A stretch of DNA of 63,409 nt, counting the filler, from Reticulomyxa filosa (taxonomy: Eukaryota; Protista; Foraminifera): the NCBI GenBank assembly GCA_000512085.1. It is 14 parts of 14 records of this genome, joined end to end, with 100 filler letters (N's around TTAATTAATTAA, not from the genome) between each part and the next. Parts side by side here need not be neighbours in the genome. Positions count along the whole stretch, not along the records: positions 25,426 to 32,902 come from ASPP01009849.1; positions 33,003 to 34,103 come from ASPP01021639.1; positions 34,204 to 48,571 come from ASPP01021245.1; 11 more parts are not named here. The stretch is one strand, 5' to 3'. Positions 26,550 through 37,972 of this stretch are shown piece after piece. The stretch's first letter is position 1. Every line of letters starts with the position of its first letter. Made by a program: the position numbers and the translations under genes. The notes under the pieces were generated by a model. It had not been told where the DNA came from, made no database searches, and saw only the letters and a list, made by a program, of their open reading frames with translations.

Positions 26550-27570
26550 AGTGAAGAGAAGCCAACTTGATGAACGTCGATAAAGTTACAAATTGTCTTT
26601 AAAGTCAAGATCCTCCAAAGTAGATTTGAAGAAAAAAAAGAGCCTCGAAAAGAAAGACATGACACCACAATTGCGACTAGTGGCGGAAACACTACAGCGA
26701 TGGTTGTGTGTGCGTCAAGACTGCAGAATACTCCAAGCGAGAGGTATCTTGAAACTGATGGAAGAGTCAATGACAACGATAACGAGTTCTGAGAATTTTG
26801 CGCAGCCAAACGAACAGAGTGAAGACGATATTGTGACAAAGAGCACCACAAACCGGCCTCTTTGAATATCTTTTCAAACAAATTTGTAAATAAAGTCACA
26901 TTGGACCAAAACACAAAAGGCTATTTCACCACTCACAATCATCGACTCGTCAACTTTGACGACGGCATATCTGTAGACAGCAATGACGTCGATGATGTTA
27001 CAAGTGCAAGATTGTACAAAAACTCACTATGACGACGTATACTACTCAACTGATCGTGACTATGTCATCGGTGATCGAGTTGAAGTGATTAACAATAGAA
27101 CAGATGGGTTTTTTTTTTAACATGCACATGTATATACGTGTATATAATATACATGTCCTTTTTTTCAATTTTCATTTGTTTTTTAAGCTGTCAAAAATCG
27201 ATATGCAATTCAACAATCTGTTGACTTTTTGCAGGTGTAACCAAATACATTGGAAAATTCCATTTTGGGGAATTCAACATGAAAGGTCACAATGGTAATA
27301 AGTCATGGCTCTCTTTGGCGCTAAAGTAGTTGTTTGTTTCAAGGGAGACAATTGTCAAACGACGATCACAATGAAGAAGTGGGCAGCTTAAGACAAAACC
27401 ACGGGCCAGTGATCTTGGCAAAGGTAAAAAGTTTATCAGCGTGGAATCGATTTGGATAAACCACTTACCCAAGGCCATGACGACGAGATATGACTACGAA
27501 AGACATTTACAAAATGTTTTCGCAATTGTCCGAACTGAACTTGTATGTAGCGATGCCTCAGGGCAATAGC
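26550..27570 (+). pseudogene. Degenerate gene with CAP-Gly-like remnant
   Basis: YVIGDRVEV / GVTKYIGKFHF / KGHNG / LFVSRETI fragments separated by an intron, frameshifts and stops. Confidence 0.4.
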
Positions 27571-28911
27571 ATCAAAACGACAATGATTTGACAATGAGTG
27601 GCGGTGACAAATTTGTGTATCAATTTTTTGAAAAGCACTTATGCTAAACCACTATATTTCAAAGACAAAATAACGGAGCCTGTTAATGTTCAAAATGTTC
27701 TTCACAGTCCTCAATCTTGTCTAAAATATTTCTGTCCCTTTCCAGTCCAGTGTTTTATTGGATGAAAAAGATCATTGTGTGTATACTACATACATACATA
27801 AACATAAATATATTTGTATATATACATATATATGTATATATGTTTGTACACTTTTACTTTTTTTAAAAAATAAATAAATAAAAAGTAAGTTTTGTTGCAA
27901 TCTCTGACACCTATGTGATTGTGAATAGATTTCCGTTGTTCCAAAAATCTGTCATTGAAATGGTTTTAAAGCAAATTGAAAAAGATAATTTGTCAAACTT
28001 CAAGGTTCTGACTTTACTCAATCTAAATCAACAATTTTTTTTTTTAAAAAAAAGGAGCTTCAAACTTTTTTCTTTTAAAAAAAATTTATTTGCTTGTATT
28101 TGAATGGATGGGTCGAACTATTGGGGGGGAGAATATAGATTATACAATTCTGGAAAGAAAGAAATGGTCTGGGCACTCGAAACCCTAAAGATGTTTGAGA
28201 GTGACGTCTCTGGCTATGCTTTCGAATGGAGTGATACTCCGAATACGAGGATAGAGCCATTGGAAGCAAGGCAACTCCGGTGAATAGCAACAAGCCTCTA
28301 ATCAAAGAAGTTGGCTCTAATGTTGAACATCAGATTTCAAATGTCCCCAAATATGACATATCATTTGACTCCAGGAACAAAAAGAAGTTTAAAATCACTA
28401 TTTACTTGTCGTTGGAATTAATGGCTTACCAGATGCACATGGCCCTCAAATCTCAATATTATGAAAAAGAAAAACTAACTTTAGCATTTTAAAAACATTT
28501 TATTAATCAAAAATAGTCATACATTCTCCTTGTACCAACTTAGAACAACATAAATCTGTTAGAAATTCAATACAATGATGTTTATTTCCCAATTTGTGTC
28601 TCTACCAATGTACTCAAAATTTATCATCAACAAGCAACTCGAAATGATTTCATATTATCATATTCTAGCAATAAAAAACCTTAGTTCAAAATTAAAAATA
28701 TTTTTTTCGATAAAAAGTGTGATTCACATAATATGATAATATTATGTATGCAATTAATCGAAAAAATAAACATATAAAGTTAAGTTCTATTGACCACGAG
28801 AAATTTTGATATATTTAAGATTTTTCAAATTCAGAAACGTTAGGCAAACAGTTTTGTTGTCAGTACTTAAAGATCAACAACAAAAATTCCCCTTTTCTTT
28901 TTCAAAGAAAA

Positions 28912-29850
28912 ATGTCAGAAATAAGATCCAATCCTTCATACAATTTTTTAAGTTTCTCAACCTCAGAAGAAGAAGAAGAAGAAGAAGCATTTTTCAAAAG
29001 CTTATTGGAAGAGTGTATCTCCCTTCGTCTAAAAGTAAAGACGACGACAAAGAGAGCTTTGGTGAGAATGAGTCAGAGCAAACATCCCCTGGAGTACGTC
29101 CAGGAATACGTGCGAATGGCCCGTGAGGCAACGATAGATAAGGAGAATTTGGACTATTTGAATCATCACGAAACATTTTACATATGTGACATGACAGACA
29201 ATCTCCAGTATTGGATTATTATTGTTGAAAAAGAGTCATTTGTTGTATGTTGCGAAAACGGCGGATTGCCATCACATAACATTTTGTCGTCACTTCAATT
29301 TTTCGAAATTACACATCACAACATCGCCCCAAATTGTTTGGATACTGCCAAATCGATGATGGTTCATACAACGGACAACGAGCACAGCAAATTCTCATTT
29401 GATTTTTGAGGAAAGCATTAAGGCAAAAATGAAAGTGAGAACAGATATTTAGAAAAATTTTGGAATGGTCTCGTTTTTTTCAAAGAAAAAGGGAAATATT
29501 GTTTTAAAGACGGTTCGATCATATTATTAATTTTTTTTTTGTATTAAAAAAAAAATTTATAAGGTAAAAATAATGAACACTATTGTTGTGGTGTCATGAT
29601 CCGCACCCAATTACAAAAAATTTTTTGCTGGATTGGAAATTTCCGGAAATCTGTCAGGATATGTACGGTGCGGCACAGCAGACAAGCCACTTTCTTAAGA
29701 GAACGCTATACGCAGCAAGGTAAACCCTTTCGGGATTGGAGCGATGCTAGAAAGTTGAAACTGATGTATACGCCCACTATTGTTGAGACTGTTCGGGCTT
29801 ATGGCGATATAGCAATCTGCTTTATTCTTTATGTTTATTGTGCTTAAAGT
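28912..29850 (+). pseudogene. Hypothetical protein, apparently disrupted after codon 165
   Basis: 165-aa ATG ORF; coding-like sequence continues past in-frame stops; no family recognised. Confidence 0.35.
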
Positions 29851-30229
29851 AAAAAAAATTTTTTACTTTGACTCAAACCCAATTTAAGGTATCAAACTTT
29901 ATTGCATTTTCTTGTATCGAAAGAATAATTCTTTATCAAATCAGTTTTGATTTTTAATCGATTCATACAAAAACGAAAATTTTTGTAAGTTACAAAATTT
30001 TCAACTGTGTTCTCGCGAATTATAAAGTATATGCTTGTTATCCGAAATAAGGCGCACGACAAAAGGTGATCTCCTTATATTTTACTATTTTTTAAATCTA
30101 ATATTTTAAAACTTTTTGTTCGTTTAGTAAGCCTGTGATTTGACTTTCTCAAAAAATATATCTGGCTAAGAGATCTTCCTTCCGTTATAATATTGTCTTT
30201 GTTGCCCTTATGCTGTCGTGAAAAAGTTT

Positions 30230-32181
30230 TGGTAGATTGTACAAGTTTCAAGCTTTCTTTTGAGGGAGAAGGAGGAATTGAACTTCTTGATAGTGAGATC
30301 ATTCTATAATGTCATTGTTCAAAGCATATGTATGGAATGGATCAAAGATATATACAATAATATTGGAAGAACTAACAATAGAAAACTTGAAATATCAATC
30401 AAACCCTTTGTTCTAAACAGAGTGAAGAGACACGATGGAAATCATGGATGAAGATGGTTGTATGTTAAAACTGATGAGAATGTGGCCAACGCCTTTGAAA
30501 GAAATTCTATATTTTCAGTGTCCAATTTCAACCAAGTCTTTTGTTTTGAACATACACGTATCGAAAACACTTAAGTATACTTGTGTAGACAAAACGCAAA
30601 ACAAATAGAATCGCCTTCAAAGGAAGATGTTGAGGAGAAAAATGAGAGAATAGAAGTGAACGAAGTAAGGAATCCATTGGTACTATTAGCTGGAGAAATA
30701 GAGCAAAAGGGATGTTTGGGAGGTGCAAGACAAGATTTTAATTTATTGCAAACATTATTTGAAACGAATTTGGGTATGAAGTATTTAATGCATATAATTT
30801 TGAGAATTCAAAGATTGAATTGTGTTCATTGAATGATATTGAAAGATTTATTTCGAGACATTGTCATACAAATGGTTATGATGGATTAATATTTGTGTGG
30901 TGTGGATATGAACGATTTAAAAGCAATGGTGTCCCTGACAATACATATTTTAAGGATATTAAAAATTTGTTTGTATCACAAACGCAATATTTTGTAGGAA
31001 AGCCCAAAGTATTGATGAACATTTCATACAGTCGTCAACGACCAGATAATCGAAAGATCTCAGATACATGGTTATATAATGTGCATTCAGATATCTTTAG
31101 CATTTGTGTAAACATTCCAATTTCATCCATCGAAGAGCATCCTGTGAGTCTTTTTATCAAAGTATTTTGCCAAGTCCTTCCAGCTTATATCAATAAAAGC
31201 TTTCATTGCATCCTTCAACAATTGTCACGCATTCTTCTTCATCAACTCTTCGACATCGAAGAAGGTGCAGAGACAGATTTAAAAACATGCTGTGATTTTT
31301 ATTTGATCCCCAGATCAAGTGCCGAAAATGTCAAATCAAATCTTTTATTCGATACAGATAAAGACAAAAATATTCCCGAAACTTTGAGTTTCAAGAATCA
31401 TTGGAATAAAGATTGGAAAAAAGCAAACTTGGAAGCGGCCAAAGTGGTCGAGCAAATGTTTGAACGGGTTGAGCAAGGGATGATTGTGGTTGCCAAAACA
31501 ATATCTGAGAGGCAAAGCAATAATAATAATGATAATACATCTTCATTCTTTATGCAAATCCACGATCACAAAGTGGAAAAAAAACAATTTGGAGAATACT
31601 GGGTACACGTCATCAAAGGCAAGACAATCATATTGGACAATGTGAATATCGATGGCAATATGTATGTGGTCAATTGCGAAATTCAGTGCAAAACAAATGT
31701 ACATATTACAACACAGGTATTTGTCACAAACAATGGTCTTGTCGATCAACATTGTGTCAATCCCATTCAATGGAATACCAAATTCCATCATGACATCCCA
31801 TTGCTTCTTCAAAATTTGCAAGATCAATCCAACAATTGCTCTAAAAATCAACTCTTTGATGGCGCGATTGTTTACTTGGAAAAATCCTTGGAAATTTCAA
31901 TCGACACTTTTGGATTAAATCACCATTCTGTTGCTGGATTGTACAACAACTTAGGAAATGCCTATCAAAATAAACAGCAATATAACAGAGCAGTTACATG
32001 CTATGAAAATGCATTGCATATTTATTTGGATATCTTTGGCACTGTTCATGCTCATATTGCCAACTCTTTTTATAATCTAGGAAATGCTTGCATTAACAAA
32101 GGAGAATATAATAAAGCAATTGAAAGCTATCAAAAGGCATTGAAACTGTATTTGGAAATTTTTGGGAGAAATCATTATTAA
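30230..32181 (+). pseudogene. Caspase-like (catalytically degenerate) domain + TPR repeat protein, frameshifted and 3'-truncated
   Basis: NPLVLLAG..QDFNLLQTLFE, YDGLIFVWCGY, FVGKPKVL (C14-fold-like order); 42-aa TPRs VAGLYNNLGNAY, IANSFYNLGNAC from ~31850; frameshift ~30775. Confidence 0.65.
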
Positions 32182-32194
32182 TCTTTTCAAACAG

Positions 32195-32723
32195 ATAAAT
32201 GTAATGAATTGCACCACACCGACATTGGACGACGACCTATTTGCAGCGTCATCACTAACAGCGGGGTTTGCGGAGACTGCATCCGACGTGCGACCTCCCT
32301 TGCACCTGGACATGGACATAAAAAAAGACGAAATCGACATGGTGTCAATGACGAGAGCCAGTTCGAGCCAAGACGCGAGCGTGATCTTGAACAGTGTCGA
32401 GACGGATGACAAGATGGCAAGTGAACAAGTACTCGAACAAATCTGCAAAAAGAAACGCAAACTGGGCGAAATTGAGAACATTGTTTTTTGTGGCGATGGA
32501 CAACATTGTAATGACTACCGTTCTCATCATAATCATTCATGTGCACCAATGACGACGATGATGACGACGACGACGATGAAGGTGCCTCCAAAGAAATTTC
32601 GAAAAGAAATATCCTGTTCCAATATCATCCCTTCCATGCCTTCTTCCGAGCCACTTCCTGCTGATCATTACACTTTACTTCAACCTTCATTGTCGCCCCA
32701 AAGCGATTCAACTCTATCCAAAG
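32195..32723 (+). CDS. Isolated internal exon of an unrelated low-complexity protein
   Basis: CAG acceptor at 32194, open frame, higher GC, GTTAAA donor at 32724. Confidence 0.5.
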
Positions 32724-33002
32724 GTTAAATTATATATGTACATATAATCCATTTTAGGAATTGTGGATACATACAATGAAATAGAAAAAACGAAAAGGAG
32801 AGGGAAAAGGGGAGAAACAGAGAGAGAGAGAGAGAGAGTAGTTTTACTTTTTTTGTTGCTGCTGTTGTTTGTTGAGTGATGGAAATTGCTAACATTCGCT
32901 TGNNNNNNNNNNNNNNNNNNNNNNNNNNNNNNNNNNNNNNNNNNNNTTAATTAATTAANNNNNNNNNNNNNNNNNNNNNNNNNNNNNNNNNNNNNNNNNN
33001 NN

Positions 33003-33281
33003 AATATTGTGTGGAAAATCTCAATTTTCAAACAGGACAAGATTAAGTGGATGGAAGGAAGATTATGAATCTCCAAAAAAGAAGAGTATTGAAGATGAAT
33101 TGAACAAATGGAAGATACAAATACGATTAGAACAAGACAAATACAGTCCAGCTGTGTGGTGTTTGAATGAAGAAGATGCTGGATTGTTTTTTGAAACAGT
33201 ATCTCCAGGTGAAGATTGTTTGAGAGTGAAGTGAAAATTTATTGAGTGTGAGAATGTTAGGAATGGAACAAATTGTTATTA
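33003..33281 (+). pseudogene. 3' fragment of a hypothetical protein with an in-frame TGA
   Basis: 75-aa open frame from the contig start; coding-like sequence continues past TGA 33232. Confidence 0.3.
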
Positions 33282-34246
33282 ATTTGTTTTTTTTGTTGAT
33301 TTATTGAATAAGTATTTTTTTGTTTACAATGATCCAATGAAGACATAATTCAATAGTGGTGTCTGGTCTGCACAATAAAATATTGAACGCAAAGGCTCAA
33401 TGATGATGGAAAGCATTAATTGTTTTTGATAAAAAGTTTAAATTTTATTAGTGAACCTTCATTGGTTTACAGGTCTTAAAAAAAAAGACATTAAGCATGA
33501 ATGAGAATCCAACTACTGCTGTTTTTTTTCTTGCTTACAAATTAACTTGCTAAAAAGTTTCTTTTTTCCAACAAAGAGACTGCAAGATTTGATAATTGCA
33601 CACAGTTAATGCCTTCAATAATATTTATTAATTAAAAGTAGAAGTTGTATTATCATGCAAACTCAAATATTTCTTATAGATGATTAATCAATGTAATAAC
33701 GCAGCAAACTTCCTTCAAAGCAATTTTTTAAGAAAAAAAAAGCCATTTGGAATGTTTCAACAAAAACAACTTCTTTGACAAAAACCAGATGCATTACTGT
33801 ATTCGCTTTGCAATTAATTGCGTTTTCTTACAGGTTGTAAATACTTTGTGACGACACATTATCCACAAAAGTACAAACAACAATCAATGCTCTACCTTAT
33901 TTGCAATAATAAAACTTTAATAATGCAATTACTTTTTTTTTTGAAATCTATCCCGGAAAAAATGTGTTGTTATTTAATAATTGTAAATAAAAAAACCTCT
34001 TTTATTCCCCTTTCAAAACTAAAAGTAGACGGATAAAAAAATTGATGAAACCTACTTACTTTCCTTGAGTATAAATGATTTATAATTTCTATTTTAAAAA
34101 AAANNNNNNNNNNNNNNNNNNNNNNNNNNNNNNNNNNNNNNNNNNNNTTAATTAATTAANNNNNNNNNNNNNNNNNNNNNNNNNNNNNNNNNNNNNNNNN
34201 NNNCATATATATATATTTATTTATTTATTTATTCAAATAAACAAAG

Positions 34247-35184
34247 ACCGACGGACGCAGACAAGCTGGATTCGAAGAACCCAAATGGCTAGGCTACCAC
34301 AAGATCGCGGCGCATTATAAATGGGTGCTGACGAAGCTATTGGACGAACGACAGTACACGCAAGTGCTGATGTTGGAAGACGACCTGGAAGTTTCCTGCG
34401 ACTTCTTCGACTACTTCCGACACTTGACGCCTGTGCTGCACAGCGACCCCACTCTGCTGTGTGTCAGCGCTTGGAACGACAACGGCCAAGCCCCCTTCGT
34501 TCACAACGCCACCGTTCTTTATCGCACCGACGTGTTCCCCGGTCTGGGCTGGATGCTCACCAGCACCATGTGGAAAGAATTGGCTCCGAAATGGCCTTTG
34601 GCGTTTCGTCTTTTATATTACATATTATTATTATTATATATATATATATAATAATAATAATATGTAATATAAAAGACGAAACGCCATTTTTAATTATTAA
34701 AAAAAAAAGGTTTTGGGATGATTGGCTGAGAGAAAAGGCTCAAACGAAAGACCGATCTTGCATTCGCCCAGAGGTGAATCGAGTGTATACGTTTGGCGAA
34801 CATGGCAGCAGCGACGGCCAGCATTTTGACAGGTACTTGAAACCCATCTATTTGAATAAACAGTTGGTGGATTGGTCTGCACAGCAACTCGACTACTTGC
34901 TGCATCCTCACTATGACCAGTGGATCGACCATCTTGTTCAGTCCGCTACTGTCATTGACTTCCAGGCTCTGTCTTCCCTGCCATCGTCGTCTTCTTCTTC
35001 TTCTTCTTCTTCTTCAGAGTATGTGATTTGGTACGACAATATCGATCAGTACCTCTACTTCGCTAGACAACTTGTCTTGATCGACGACACCAAAGATGGC
35101 AAACCCAGAGGTTCGTACAAAGGGATCGTCACTATTCGGTTCCAAGGAAACAGAGTCCATTTTATTCCTCGCTCAAATTCATAG
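34247..35184 (+). CDS. MGAT1: Alpha-1,3-mannosyl-glycoprotein 2-beta-N-acetylglucosaminyltransferase (GnT-I, GT13), 5'-partial
   Basis: YHKIAAHYKW, LEDDL, CVSAWNDNG, YRTDVFPGLGWML, WPLA|FWDDWLR, CIRPEVNR, PRGSYKGIV; intron 34603-34709. Confidence 0.92.
34599..34686. repeat. Perfect 88-bp palindrome covering the 5' splice site and most of the MGAT1 intron
   Basis: TGGCGTTTCGTCTTTTATATTACATATTATTATTATTATATATA followed by its exact reverse complement. Confidence 0.95.
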
Positions 35185-35404
35185 GCTTTTACGACCACAA
35201 AACAAAATATTGTTTCTTTTTTTTTTAAACAAATTAAAATCTAACCAACTGTATCAACTGTTCCTTTCTTTTTATTATTTGCTTGAAATTAAGCTTAAAA
35301 AACAAAAAAATCGAAAGACGAGATATAAATTCACTCTCCACTTTATCAAAATACGTCTCCAGCACTTTCTAAAAAGCGCCCCTTTTTAAAAAAAAAAAAA
35401 AAAC

Positions 35405-36445
35405 ATGGCAGCTGAAAATTATAATAGCAATAGCAGTAATAACAAAAAAAAGGACACCAATTTGATATGGTAACATGCATTGATTATATGTATGACTGGT
35501 GTAGCTCAAAAAATGAAAAAAAATGATGTCAGGGTGGATTGCGAAATGACGGGCCTGGATCTGTCCAAAGACGTGATCGTCGAAATCGCAGTACTTGTGA
35601 CCGACGACCAGTTGAACATTATCGCGGAGGGCCCAGACTTGGTGATTCACCACAGTGACAAAGTTTTGGAGAACATGAGCGATTGGTGCAAAAGTTAAAT
35701 AAATAAAAAAAAAGAAAAACATGGTCCGTATTTTCGTGTTGTTAAAAGTCTCAATCGTATAAAAAAAAAACAAGATACATTCGGCAAATCCGGCCTGACT
35801 GAGGCAATTCGCAAGTCAACCATGACTATGAAAGTTTTGTGTTGCATCAAAATAAAAGTGTTTCGGACATTCAAAGAATAGTAGGATAGAGGAAGGGGGG
35901 GGGGGGAAAGTATTTTCAACATCGGACAAAAAAAAAAAAAAAAATCAAAAAAAAAAGGAAGCAGAAACAGAGATCTTGAATTTTGTAAAAATGTATGTGC
36001 CTGAACGCTGCTCACCACTTTGTGGCAATTCCATTGCCACTGATAAGTTCTTCTTGAACAAGGATATGCCTACATTTGCTAATGTTATTATAATACATTT
36101 ACATATGTGTATATGTGTATACGTGATATCAAACCCACTTTTGTGATTTGTTTCGGTCACAATACACTTGTAAAAAGTACTTGCATTATCGTATGATTGA
36201 CGTTTCGACAATCAAAGAATTGACACGTCGCTGGTACCCGGACATTTTTAAAAAAGTCCCTGCCAAAAAATTAGTTTAAACTCATATACACAGTTTACAT
36301 ATGTGCACATGTGTATAATACTGTTTGTTTGTTGTTTTTTTTTTTTTTTTGAAACAATACACAGAGTCATCGGGCATTGAACGATATTAAAGAAAGCATT
36401 CAAGAGCTGCAATATTACCGAAAGTATGTTTTTATCAATGAATAA
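35405..36445 (+). CDS. REXO2: Oligoribonuclease (DEDDh; Orn/REXO2), 6 exons
   Basis: [66 protein letters not shown]; introns begin at 35470, 35694, 35834, 36084, 36274. Confidence 0.93.
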
Positions 36446-37972
36446 AAAATACGTTGATGTTAAAATCTCTTTTAAAGTCTGCATAAAAATTATTAAAGGA
36501 TTTATTCATGTTTTAAAATATATTCATTATCATTCTTGTACATTCTCAGATCTCTCTGTCGTCCGAGACAAACTTTTAACCTCCATTCATATTTGTAATG
36601 TACTTTTTTTTTTGCATCTTGTGCTATAAAAAAAAACACTTTTAAAATTATTCTTAGCTATGACGTAGCTGTTTTAATCATTTTGAATTATGATATTTTG
36701 CAACATTATTAAAATAAGTCGATTCCCGCAACGGGTGAATTTGTTCATTTTTTATTTTTTGTCATGTTGAATTAATTGTTCACAGTCTGAAGTTAAATGA
36801 CCATTCTTCATTCATTTAAGAAAATAAAGCACATGAGTTCATAATTAAAAAAAGAATATGCCAAACTGGGCCAAGAATTTCCTTTTTGAAACAATTTAAA
36901 CTTTAATGTTTTTGCATTTTTCTCTTTTTTTTATTTTATAGCAAAAATTGTATCTTATCCAAGTTGAAATAGCACCTCGTCCCAAAAGGAACAAAGTACT
37001 CAAAAAGAAAACAAAAACAAGAAGATATATACAAAATTTGTCAAAATCACACAATCAACGTAAAAAAGTCTTCATTAAATTTAAAATATCAAAAAAGCGA
37101 ACTGAATCTCAAATATTGAATGTCTATATTGTGAAAACAATTAGCTCTTCACTATGGATGTCCAGTATGAATTACTGTGCATTGATCAACTGAATCATCT
37201 TATCTTTATTTTCGGATTGTTGAATTATCATAAAATATTTAGATTCAATGTACTTCTTTTAACAAGTTAAAGAAAATAAAAAATAAATAAAATTTTATAC
37301 TAATAATAATAGATTATATGTGAATATCGAATTTGTCATTGTAAATTAATAAATATCAAAGTGGCTCAATTTTTGTTTGCAATCTTTGTTTTATATAGTT
37401 TGCTAGTTTTGCAGTTTCGCTTGATACATTGAAGTATTGTTAGCTGTTTTATCTTGCACAAAATCGCAATATCAGATTTATTGAATTTTCAACTAGTATA
37501 AACATTTTTTATCTAGATAAAAAAAATTTTACTAGTAGAAAATTTTTTTTTAGTAGTTTGATAAGTTTCTTTTCTTTATGTTTATTTGTATTTGTTGCTG
37601 TTTTAGCCTTCTTTACTTTTTTCCTTCAAAATACAACTTTTTAAAAAATTGACATTAATAATGAAAGTAAATGAAAGATGTTACAGTAAATTTTTTTATT
37701 TTTATCTTCGCAACGATTATGTTATCAGTTACTAACTTGAAACCAAGTTTTTTTTGGTTTTATAAAGAAACAATAATAATTGAATTTGGCAAAAAAAGAT
37801 GAGTATTTGTTCAGTTCTCCCAAAGGCAATGGAAGTTATTTTAGTGAATAAATAACGAAAATCTGAACTTAACGATGAGACTTAAAACTAGTTGTCTTTT
37901 TTTTTTTTGGAATTCATACAAATAATAAAAAATATTTGAAAAAAAAAAAAGTATCAAAAGAATGAAAAAGAT

